DNA from: Marsupella aquatica
Taxonomy: Eukaryota; Plantae; Marchantiophyta
Direction: 5' to 3'
Assembly (NCBI GenBank): GCA_973895155.1
Contig: OZ316896.1
Location: forward strand, 13,449,469-13,513,468
DNA length: 64,000 nt
In this document: one piece after another, positions 20,928 to 33,100 of the stretch
Layout: the number at the start of each line of letters is the position of its first letter
Numbering within the stretch: position 1 is the stretch's first letter
Notes under the pieces: generated by a model
Told to the model about the DNA's origin: nothing
The model's input: only the letters and a program-made list of their open reading frames with translations
Database searches by the model: none
Translations under genes and position numbers: made by a program

Positions 20928-23900
20928 TAGGTTAATTTTTGGTTTTTTTGGGAGTGTGTTATTTACAAGTATAATATAATAAAGGATCCCCTTTTTTGTC
21001 CTTTGTCCCAATACAAAATAGTTCTTGGGCAGGAAAGATCCACAGCCGTTGGATTCGTTTGACTATTTTCCCTGACCATTGATGGTGTAGATGGGCACCC
21101 CTGGCGCATATGTACTTCTCACCCTACCCCATAAATGCCCCAGCCCGACTTCCTATGGACGGGCCCTCCTTGCGTGGTGCAACACACGGGGATAGGGCTA
21201 GGGCTCATATATACTAAAAGTGAACAAGCAAGAATTAACCTCACACCAACTGTGTGAGACTACAGTCCACGCAGTTAAGGCTATACAGGTGAACAAACAA
21301 CTACCCGGTCGTTGACACTGCAATTTCATAATCCTCCCACCGCTGATTTTATAGATCGACGATCGAGAACCACTACTGCAGTTTTCTGTCCTCGGAAAGT
21401 TCGCTTATTCAAAGATAAAACCACTACTGCAGTTTCAGTTCAGCTGAATTTATTAGTGCGCACACGCACACATATACACACAGATGGACGATCCGACACC
21501 TTCACAAGGCGTGGAGCAGACTGAGGTCAATCCTCGACAAAAGACTGCACAGTCATCCACAGCACAGCAGGCAGGCAGGGCGGCTGCTGCCAAAAGGACC
21601 GTTAGAAAATCATAACGCAGCAAAATTAGAAATGAAAATGCAGCCAAATCACTATCCTGTCATCCTTCAAATTATGGTAAACTATGCTCAATCCTGTCTA
21701 CAGAATTCCTTTCAGGATCTCCAGTTCTCCACAGTCTCTGGACCTCTGGAACTCTGGATGAATATGACAGCACCTTGAGCGTGGAATGATCGACTGTATC
21801 TATTTAGAGTATACTATGATTATGAGCTGCGTCTTGGATGGCATTGGCTGCTGATTGATGCGCTTGCTGACACTGAAGGTCCTCTCAGACTCCCCGTTCA
21901 GTCAAATTGTCTGAGCTCCTCGTCACTGAACAAAAGTAGGGTCTCATGAGTGCTTTCGTAGGGTCTGAGTTCGTCGTCACGGTAGCGTTACAAGGTGCCC
22001 TGAAAATGAGGGATCTCTCAAAGTTATAGGAGCCGAGAAATCAGTACTCTTCTATTCATGACCCGGCCAATGGTCCGCGTCATGGTCGGTAAAGGAGTGT
22101 GCATAGGAGAGTTTTGCCGCATCGACTTGGAGACTCTAGATTGGACCCTGGATCTTAGCAATAGACGGTCAGAGATCAGCTCATTGGACAGAAATGATTG
22201 CTGGGAGGAGTGTTACAGGACCTCTGCAGTAGAATGATAATTAACTGCTTCATAAATTTGTCAATGTTCTTCTGCGCTCGTAGTAGGCAGAAGAAGAATA
22301 GAGCTGCATTGCTTCCACTTGATTCTGTCAGGGCGTACTTCTGGAATTTGCTGAGGAGAACTGTAGTCCACTTCAAATTTTTGCGACAGTGATATTGAAT
22401 CTCCTCACGTCTATACTATCATTATCCATGAAATAAGTGTCTGAATAGGCAATATTCTAGCCAGACAGTGGGACTGTCAATGGTTGAGTCAAAAGGTCTA
22501 AATTTTCAGCTTGGACATGACAGAAATAGGAGCAGAGTCCCCTGGTGGACTAAAATTTTTCAAATTCAAATTTGTGTCCAACGAGCAGGGCCCGCAGAAC
22601 TGGTGCTGAGCCTGGTGACACCCCAGAACCCAGATTCTAATTAAATCTTCGAAGCTATCATAGCTTCAGATTTCAAATTTTCAAGTCAGGGTCTGGTGCA
22701 CATCATCCGTCCAATTGAAGTGGGAGTCAAGATGACAGCCAGTCAAAGTTTTACGTCACAAAGAATTGGCATGATGCAGCCCCATCACCTTAGACCATTA
22801 CTGGGAGCTCCGAGGGGAGCTCCGTTTGCTTTCCCCTATCAAAGTACAGTAAGAAGGTCGTAGACAATAGAGATGGAAGTCTATGTAGCAGTTGGGCAAT
22901 CAGTATGACATTCTGCTAGCGTGGAATACACGAGTTGGTTAAGTAGAGAGATACTTTGCTCAAGGTAATATTCGTTGGCTCTTGCAAACCCTGCTCCTTT
23001 CCATCGTTCCATCAACGATCCCACTCATCCGTGTTGGTTCGTGGTGGATATTCAAATATCCTCAGACAACTTATTTCAGTGCTTGTTGTAACTTTTTCCT
23101 ACCTTTGGAAGATATTTTCTATTAAACAATAATAAGCTCAGAAAGGTGCTCAAGCACAAACGTGATCATGCCTAACATCGACATGCTGTCCATTAACTTG
23201 CTAAAATTGTGCTCTCCACAGAAGCCGTCATCACTCAAGTTTGTTGTACCTAGTACTTCTTTCCCAAAATACCATGTCTTGCTTGCTAATTTAAATATTC
23301 ATTGAGACTTGACGGCATCAATGAAACAATGAAGGAGGGAGCACATTTGCCCACACTAACTTTAGGACTAAGTTTCCCCTTTGGATAAATCTGAGCCGCA
23401 CATTCCAAAGCTCCCTCTCGTTTTTTAGACATCGGATTGAGTACAAGGGGGCGACCCAGTAGGTAAATTAGTTTGGGGTGCAGTTTACTGGTAATTTGGT
23501 GTAATTTTAAGATAGGTTAGTCAAAAGGGTTGCCTTAAACAAAACAACGAGGGTATAAGAGTGAAAGCACATACCAAAAGTTTGTTATGCTTCAATGCTG
23601 AAGTACTCAATAAGAGTATGCTGCAATCGCTGTGGAATGTAGTCCCTGGAGCAGGAAGCCCCCTTTGGCCTTTTGCTTGGGTTTTTTTGGCACCCTTTCT
23701 TGGTATTGTATCTTGCCCTCCAAAACATAATGACCAACTCCCTAGAGTGAAGCCATGGGAGGGACAGGCATCGAGACTCTGGGTACAGAGAGCCCTTCCT
23801 GTGCCTATGGATGGGTATTTGGGCTAGTAAACATAAAAACAAAAGTAGTTGCTGCTAACTTATTTGGACAGAATTTCAGGATAGTATGGGTGTCCATGGA

Positions 23901-24088
23901 GTTGGCATTTAATATAAGTTTTTCTCCTTTTGTTTCTTTTGGGATCCATCATTATGCATCCATGCAAAAGGATGAGATAATTGTTGTCAGGACATTTTCC
24001 CTGTAGGTGTCCAATCAGAAGCTGAACTTTGTGTAATTCATAAGAAATCAGGATACATGAGAGTTTTCAAAATGGTCGACCAGTACAG

Positions 24089-24232
24089 AAGCTTCTGGAG
24101 ACAATGAGGAGAACAGTAATGACCAATGTAATAGAATTCGGCAATCCAAGCAGTTTTACACAAGCTTCTGGAGACAATGAGGAGAACAGTAATGACCAAT
24201 GTAATAGAATTCGGCAATCCAAGCAGTTTCAC
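24089..24232. repeat. Near-perfect tandem duplication, period 73 bp
   Basis: AAGCTTCTGGAGACAATGAGGAG...CCAAGCAGTTT twice. Confidence 0.9.
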
Positions 24233-25435
24233 AACCGCTTCCAATTTCTATGTCAGTCAAAGATTTGTGATCACCTTGCTGAGGGTTGATTGCCTAATAA
24301 GCTAGTTTCTAAGCCTCGTTTCTCTTCGTCAAACGCACAGTTAACTTATTCCTCAGTTCAGCCTCAGTCCTCGGCTCATTTCATTGCATAGCTGTTGAGA
24401 TCAATGAAAGCCTGTGATGGCTCATGTGTCATGGAAATTCCAATGCTGTTTGTCCCGCTGTGGGCCTGTCTTTCTGCGCCCCTTCCTTCAGGCTCTTCGC
24501 CTGCTATGGTAGTCTTCCATGAGGAAGAGTTTGGAATCATTGCTCTCACCGAAAATCAACTTCAAACTTTGAAATGTGAATTTAGCTTCTATACGTATCA
24601 AATCAACTGCCTATCATAATTTGATAATTCCCATGAGCCGTGAGATCTTCCACACGAATATGTGTGCTTCTAAAATCTCAGATCATATATGCCAAGTGAG
24701 ACCAGGTTGACATCATCCGAAAGGATGTAGTCACATGTTTAAACTTAATACTTCATATCATCTTCTACGACGCCGAATGGACAATGTGTCTTGAAATATG
24801 AGAACTGAACAATTTTCAAAAACGTACCGATGTTCCGCCCGTTGATACAAAATGAAAGAATAAGATATTTGTTTGTAATCAAAATAGTTCACAAATTCAT
24901 ATGAATTCTCGCGGCAATCAGCCAACGGTAGATTTACACAAACTGTGAGACTATGCAGGTGAGAACTGAGTAAATAATACGTAAGTGGCCTGTTTGCCAT
25001 TCTATCTGTGAATCGAACTAATTTTACACTCGCATCTGCAAACGAATCCATAGATGAGAAATGCACTTTGCATGGGCTTTCCCGCACTCCCATCAGGAAC
25101 CAACATTTATTTCCTACACTTTCAGCTGTACAAACAAGCTAATGGGTCGGTCTGGGGACAACCCACATCTTGTGGTCAGAATTTTTGATCACCTACAATG
25201 ACAGAAGACCCTGTCTATATCTACAGGTGGAAGCCCCCTGACATGTTCAAGACAAGTAGAAAACAAGCAAAACTTACTGAAAGGCATCCAGGATTGCAAT
25301 CAAAACTTATTGAAAGGCATCCTGGATTGCTTAACAATTAAAAGCCGGTCTTCGACTTCCGATTAGTTAGTTTCGGTATCTTTCCAGTGAAATGGTGCAC
25401 AACTGCTTGTCTGACTGCCTTTGGTCAGCTCTTCA

Positions 25436-25586
25436 ATATCCCTCCGAATCAATCACTGTCCCAGGAACCAGCCTGGACCTTACGGAGAGAGGAGCAGCAG
25501 TAAAGACCCTTCTATATCCCCCTCCGAATCAAACATCGTTCGAGGAACCAGCCTGGATCCTTACGGAGAGGGGAGCAGCAGTAAAG
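25436..25586. repeat. Tandem duplication, period about 80 bp
   Basis: CCCTCCGAATCAA...AGGAACCAGCCTGGA..CTTACGGAGAG.GGAGCAGCAGTAAAG twice. Confidence 0.85.
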
Positions 25587-26117
25587 TACTGTTAGTCTCA
25601 ACACCGAAGTTGTTCCTCATCGAGAGCATACTTGAGGTCGTTTGGGAGGCAGCAAAATCCATGTCCTCCGTGTCCCATTACGAATCCAAGAGGTGCTCAC
25701 CCTTCTCCAGACTTTAGGAAGGTGGTCCAGAGTTGTAGACATTGATATGTGCCCTCTTTGAGACAAAGCTTCAGCATCTGGCTCAGGATGAAGCTTCTGT
25801 GAGAGCAACTATACGACCTGCGATCAAAACTTGGAGTCCAGGCCCTCTCTTTCTTCACATGACATTAAGAATTTTTGCTTTTACCCCCAGACTCGGGGAA
25901 ATGGCAAAAAAGCGTTGTCTTGAGCATCTGCAGCGGCTTCAATATGACGTGCCTTAGCTCAAGCTCACGATTACACATCATCACACAGAATGTACAGCTC
26001 CATAGAATTGATTTCAATAGAGCCGGGCTCATTATATAACTATTGCATTTTTTTGTACTCGGTGAGCTCTGCTCAGCTGGCTGCATATTTATAAGAGATT
26101 TGTTTCGTGAAGTTAAG

Positions 26118-29100
26118 TCAGGCTCCAGCAGCTGCAGCCCGGAAAGGAGAGAACTCTGAGAACCTCTCATGCACCAATTTCTTAACAGCTCGAAACTCGT
26201 CATCCGAATGATGGATTACATGCAGCATTTGAGTGAACAGAGATGGCCTCGTCTCCCAGAGATTTCTGTGCAGCACCATCATATACTGGTAGATATCGTG
26301 AGGATTTAGACCGGCCAGCAAAAATGGAAGCAAGTATTTATGCGATGATTCCATCACGCCCAAGCAATGGGTCACAAAAGGCTCAACCTCAGCCTTGTTC
26401 TCTCCGAAGGCAGGAGAGTCTAGCAATGGTAAAAAATCCTTTTCCTCTTCTTGGAAGTGTTCTTCAGTGTGCACCTGGAAGGCGTCAGGACGACCGATGT
26501 GTGAGCAAAATAATTGTCGTTGATTCAGCGTGTTAAGACCTCAATACTATCTCACAAACAACAACTTGGCTTCAAGCTTAGATTCGCAGGCATTTCCTTT
26601 GATGGCAACCAGAGAGCAATTCCACAATCTCCATCACCAAACGGGTTCAATTGTACAGGACAAAATCTTTTGCTTTCTAAAATTATCTGTATGAATGATT
26701 TTTAAAAATTTCTTCTTTCCTGACATTTCATATACAATGGAATGACTCGTCTCCCGTCTTCGGGCCAGACCAATTACAATGAAGTGCCTTTAAGTTTTGT
26801 CGACATTCATGTTGCCCTTTGACTGTAACCCAAAACTACTCTACAATTGATTATTTTTCGTGTTTTTACAATAAATTTGGAAGCTCGAGACCTTACTTGG
26901 CCTGTGATGTATTAGAGGTCACACAGTCTTGATACACACTCCAGAGAACAGCTGAGTACAACTCAAGGGCCAATGGTAACAAGGACAAGCATCCACTTCA
27001 AATCCTCATAATTAGTCCCGTTTTATATTGCTTGTTGTCGTGCCAGCATATAAATAAACAGATTACTATCACTTCGTTTTCTTGCTAAACTAGAAATATA
27101 ATATGTCAATAAGTGTACACTCGAGAATGAGCGAAGTTCAGGGAACAATATGTACGGTTGACGAGGAGTCAAAAGTAGACTCCTGCGAGGTTGCGTTAAA
27201 ATATTAAAACTTTGTTAGACTCATCAGGTTTCCTCCGAAGACATCGGGGAAAAGCATGTTGTCACGTCACAGCTGTAGCATAAGACTCAATCTTGAGTTG
27301 TTGCAAAGTAGATAAGTGACAAACCTGTAGTGTTTTTAATCGGGTAGCAAGAGCAAGAATGGCTTCTTTATAATCAGATCCTCCTTGATTCAAAGCCAGC
27401 AAGCCCTTGAGGTCCTCCCTGATCCCATTAGTCACCGGAAGGTCTCGGCCATGGTCTGCATTGGCAGCATCTGTAACACCTGGTGTGAGCGTACAGGCCA
27501 AGAACTGAGGTTAGTAGAGGTTGAGCATAAGGAAGGTCATGCTCCAAGAATTGAATGGATCTCGCGATGTCCTCTCCTAAAATGGGCTTTGTCTCTGCAA
27601 TTCCACACCAAAGATAAATATGTACGGCCTCTTAGATCAAACTCATTAGCTATTAGACAGATACTAAGTGTATTTGCAAACACAGTTCAGCCAGGAACCT
27701 TAACTCCAAAAGCTCGAGGCACATCATTTCATGATGGACTAAGCACAATTGTTTATTATTGCACATCTTATCGAATTTCCTTTATCAGCAATTGCTGGAA
27801 GCCTTAAAAATATAGGTTCACAAAGCCTTCCTATGTTACAGCCATTGGCATCGTTCCACTCAGTAAGCACGAGAAATTCTAAGCTTCGCAAGTATCCCAA
27901 AACAGAAAACGGCTTTAGAAAACTTGGACATGTAACGACGAGCCCAATGTCTAGGATAGCAGCACAAAATAGCTAGAATGGTAAAGGAGGATGTATAATT
28001 CAGGAAAAATAATTCAAGGAAGCTCTCGACGTTATTAAACTCAATGTAAGACAGTCTCAGTCACACATGATTTAAATGTAGAGTAACACCACATTCAGCA
28101 CAAAGCTTCTGTGAGCGAAAAAATCGTAGCATACTGGAGCAAGAAAGTCCTTTTGGGAGTTTTAGGACTTGCGGAAAAAAACCACAGGGGTTGAGAATAA
28201 GGCTCACAAAAAACAGAAGGCCCACACATCTCGCGTGCCTTGCTGCACATTGACAAGATTTCCTACTCTCAAGAATTACTCAAGTTGGCAGGAGAAAATG
28301 CTACAGGATTACTGGGACTGGCAAATTTAGGGAAACATAGGTTCTCAGCACAAAGACAGAGCTTGTGATTAACGGAAACTACTTGTACAATAGAAATATC
28401 GCTAGCAAGAGCTCAGTGGTGAAAAAGGCTGCGTCATCGTGTAGTCCCAGCCAAAGGAGAGTATCGAGGAGGACGTTGGCCAGATTTGAACATATAGAGT
28501 TTAAGACGTGGAATCAGCACAGACTGGACATCAGCAGGACATTTTCATTTGAGTTGCATTCCGAGGTTCCAGACCTAGCAAAAAGGGTCTGATATTCAAG
28601 GAGATAGTCTTAGTAAAATGGGCCAGACGGAAAACGCACAGAGCCCTGAGACAAGGATGAGATTTGGGAAGTTTTATTGCACATCAGAGCAGTATTCGGA
28701 ACGCGGTTCCTGAAGGATCTCGGAGAAAGTTCAGCAGTTCACGCAGAGGTTTGGAAGTGAGCACCCACAAACAGTTCAGTGTGGAAACTATTCATCGAGC
28801 AGTCATCATTGGTGTCTGTATAAGGTTTTAGCAAAAGCATGAATTCATCCAGGTCTTACGATTCTTGCCAATAGCGATGAAATGTGACGAGAGAGACCAC
28901 CTAGAATCGGATGGTCGGTTGCATGTGGGAGGAAGAAACAGGTTTGGTCGAAAGGACTATGGAGAAAAAAAGAGTAGATCCCATTAGGATACTAATACCA
29001 TGAGCGGGGTGGTGAGCAAGCCCCCTGCCAAGCAGAGGTTAGTACTTACATCAAAAAGATGTTGGGATTCCATTTCCAACTGCTGCATGTAGGTTCAAAT

Positions 29101-30196
29101 GCGCCAACAAGAAGAAATCTGAAATGTGCAGACAATTACCTTCATGATATTTTTCGAGGGCTGGAAAGATGACCCGTTCCTCCATCTGTGCATGCTCTTG
29201 CATAAGCTCAACAAGTCTTCCATAACCTTTCCAGAGTTTCCTTAGGTTGGACTCACCCGCCCTCCCTGCGCCTCGAAGGGTTGCCGGTGACTGATTTTCT
29301 AAATTAACTACAAGCTCGTCGGCTAATATTACCAGTCTCTCAAAGTGCCATAAAATACTTCGGTGTTGCATTAGCATCAATATCAGAAGAGGAGGGGGCG
29401 CCCTCTGCTCTAACTTACTTGCCACGTAGAGCCTCAACGATTCAGGGGTCACTCTAGTTGCAGCGTATACAGGAAAGGAAGCCATATTCTTTCGGTAAGT
29501 GAGCAAGGACACGTGACTCGCCGCAATGTCTAGGCTTCGAAAATGGCTGAGAGGATCCAAAAGGGCCACTACTGGAATCAACAAGACATCTGCAAGAGTA
29601 AATTCACTACCAAAAAAGTATGGTCCATTGGGACCGAACTTAGAAAGCGCTCCATTCAATTTCGCGAACGCTAAATCAAGCTCCGGTCCCAGCTCTTCCT
29701 GAATGGACAGTTCACCATCATACAACAGCTGAGAAACAAGTGGTGATAATGTATCACGCAGGAAAACTGCCCACTCTCGGACTCGCTTTCCAAGTTCCCC
29801 TTTGGGTACCAGGGGGCGCTGAGGGAACGTCGTGTCAATATATTGCAATATAGAGTCTGGCTGACCAGAAATTTTATGAGTCCCATCTTGTAGCACAGGG
29901 ACTGTGACTGTGGACCCATTTCTTGCTGACCACACAAGCTTAGTATCTTTGAATTCGTCCTTGAGCCAAGAGCATTCATAGAGTACTCCTTTGTGTCGCA
30001 GTGCCAGGAGTATTTGCATCGTAAAAGGACACATTGGATCTCCATACAGCCGCAGAGGTTTCATCTGTAGCATTGGAGGTTCATCTAAAGGAAGTTTCTC
30101 TGGAGAAGCCGGCGCCACAGCAGAGGCCTTGGGACCGTCAACCTTCCAGTTGCTGCTAACGTCCAGGTCTGCCTCGGTTTGGAAACAATTCCCCAT
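26118..30196 (-). CDS. GSTH: Hemerythrin-class glutathione S-transferase (GST plus HHE domain), 3 exons, 522 aa
   Basis: Exons 30196-29140, 27479-27325 and 26474-26118 with GT-AG introns and consistent phases (1569 nt); CPFT active site, TVPVL and FTLAD GST motifs; hemerythrin motifs QHRSI, EHAQMEERVIFPAL, DHGRD and HFQEEEKDFLPLL. Confidence 0.93.
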
Positions 30197-33100
30197 CTTC
30201 AATAGGCTCGTCCGTAACCACAAGATAGAATTTTCTTCCAAAGCAGAGTACTCGATTTGCCGTCGGCACTGTCTCGCTGTTCAAAGATGTAGCGGTATAC
30301 TTGTGACTTCAGGATCCGAAGAATTCCGACAAATCAACCATACACCGCTAGCAAAATCCAAACAAACGTGCGTGCGCCTTCGGTATACAACTGGGGCAAG
30401 AACACCTGAAGATCGGGAGCTCGGTGTAGGAGGAGCCTTCGTACCAACCAGTCGGAGAAGACCGTTTCACCGTACTCTGTACTTTGTCCGGGAGAGATCC
30501 GATAGAGCAGAGCTGCTAGACAGGACCACAAAACTTCAGTCCAGGAGTCCCAATTCGATCATCATTTCAACATTCTAGCAAGCATCGGACATGAAGCCTA
30601 GAAAATGCACAACCGCGCACTCTGCAACTCTTACCCCCGAACCTATAAACCGAAACTTCTAATCGGACAGTGTCGGAACAAGGGGCTTAACGACGGATCA
30701 TAATTGTAGGACCTCTACAGCAATTTGGGTGACCGGTCCTTCTTAGTCTATACGAAGCCGAAGATCCATACGAATGACAAAAACGTAAAATAGCCATTTG
30801 GAGACCATGGAATAAGAAAAAAAATAAGGAGCGAGCAGAAAAAGAAAATGAGGATAGACGGTGGTCCAGTTCATTCACCCGATGAAAGGCAGGGAACCTC
30901 ATCACGTCTACAGTCCTACATCATTGCAGTAGACGATAGCATTGTACTGATCGAGGCAAACGAGGACAGTGCTCGTCATTTCTCACAACCCAAGACTGAA
31001 TAAGAACATCTCCGTACAAGCGGAGTAGAAACAATGCTGTGTGTATGTCGGACATGGGCTAATGAGCGACTAATCATTCTGTGAACATGAACATTCTGTT
31101 TCGCGGCAAAAAAGTCCCGCGAAACGAATTACCGCACTCGTGGATAGATACAAAGATAGATAGATACTTGGAGGGAGGAAAGAAGGAGTAGGGATGGATG
31201 TTATTCTTCCGACTCAATGCCTCAACATTGCGCATATATTGAACGCAAGAAGCGCGACGAGAACGTCAGTTTTGGTCTGTTCCAATTCCCGTCTGTTGCA
31301 CTCACTAAGTGCTACCAACAGCTCAATTTTAGCGTTTCCGAGAGAGAGTCAACGTACAAAGCCTGAGACCATGCCTACCTTACGCTTCGGGGCGCCACGT
31401 CAATACTTCTTACAGTACCGCCACAATTTCATCCACGAAGATGGCACTCCCCTCCAAAGAATCCTCCAAACAGAAGAAGAAAAGTATGCCCGCCCCTCCA
31501 CACTACCTGTGTTCCCGCCTGTTCAAGAAATGCAAGCAGAGGAAGCAAGCAGCCATTGATCCGTTCCGTTGCGCGTTCAGTTCGCCGGCACCGCGAATGG
31601 TTTGTCAATGTCCGTCACTTCTGGAGCTGAGCTTCGTCCCTTCGCGTCCTCTCTCCCTCCGTTCCTCCGTGTACAGTGCTGCTGAATAGATCTTGATTGA
31701 TGCGATGCGGCTTGGTGCGCTTCAATGTCCTGTTTTCACTACGCTTAAATTATTTAGGTGCACTCAATCCGTGGGCTTCGTTGTTGGTGAACCCCAGAAT
31801 CATGCTCTGCCCTTCAAAAGAGGCCCTCGAAGTACGACTGATGAATTGGCTCTCTCCTAACCACAACGCGGTACTGTAATCCTCCCAGGGCAGAAAACGA
31901 CGGGGTACTAAATAGACGAAGAGGATCCGAAGTGAAATAAAGCCCAATGCACATGCCCTGATTCGCTGCCGAAGCGAGCAAGCAAGCAAGCAAGCAGCAA
32001 CCACATATGCACTACTGACAAAATCCCGCAGCTTCATCCATCGGGTGAGGCCAAGCCAACATTCCAGCCCACGAAAGGAGCCGTTATTTGTGCTGATGCT
32101 CTTTGCTGTACAATAATCTATTCCGGGACAATTCCCGTCACCCTACACTTCTTGAGCAGCCAAATGCTCGCCCCGATTCGCAGAACACAGATTATGACAG
32201 AGACTGATGTTTCTTCCTCCTCTTTTCCTTTCAAGCACTGACTCACATGGTGGAGGTGCCGCAGACAGACTGTTCTATGAATTCCTCCCACTTCTTGAGC
32301 AGCAGCCAAATGCTCGCTCGACTAGAAACCTCGATCCACAGACACGACTAAACTAACCAGAGATTGAGTGCCGCAGAGTACCTAAACAGTATCAATTCAA
32401 GCACATCCAAATCTTTCAAGCACTGACCACTGACGAGAGATGGCGGTCCAGAAATTGGGCGGATTGGATGAATTCCTACTCGATGAAATGTCGTTAAAGA
32501 AAGTGCAAAGAAAAGCGCGCGACGGGGGCAGAAGCGAAATCAATCAATCAATCGAGAAATCGAGCAAATTACACGCGTGTAATGCAAAGAGATCGAGAGA
32601 TTTTCGAAGTTGCTCTTCACGAATTGCGTTCGCGGAGACGAGAACGGGAGCGAGCGCTCCAAATCTTTGCTTCGTCGTTTTCGGGGGAGAATGGAATGAA
32701 TCTTCAGATTCCGCACCTCTGGATTTGGCAATCTCCTAATCCTCGACTAATACCTCAAAATACCCTCACATCGTTTCTTTAAGCTCGGATTAATTAATAC
32801 AATCTTAATTAAATAAGGTAATAGTCGCTAATGACCCATGCCCTACTACAGTGCTCTCTAGTCCGATCCTAGTTACCGTAGCAACGTATCTAATTATGGA
32901 AAGGAAGGGACGTGATTGGCAGAATATTGTAGCTTATCTGACAGGGGCCGTCGATTCTCATATCTACGGCCGAAAGTTTTCTTCATTTAATGATAGCGGG
33001 TTATCGAAATGTCTTCGTAGGGTTAGTTAAAAGGCTTCTAGGCTTAACGTTCTTATATGACGTACAATGTTCATACAGTATCCTTCTGTGTATGGATTAT

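Noticed and set aside
22803-22824. GGGAGCTCCG direct repeat as a second footprint or miR319-like sequence
   Set aside because: 10-bp repeat with an AG spacer, no TIR bases and no precursor hairpin
29991-30578. 195-aa plus-strand ORF
   Set aside because: Antisense shadow of the GST exon and its 5' region
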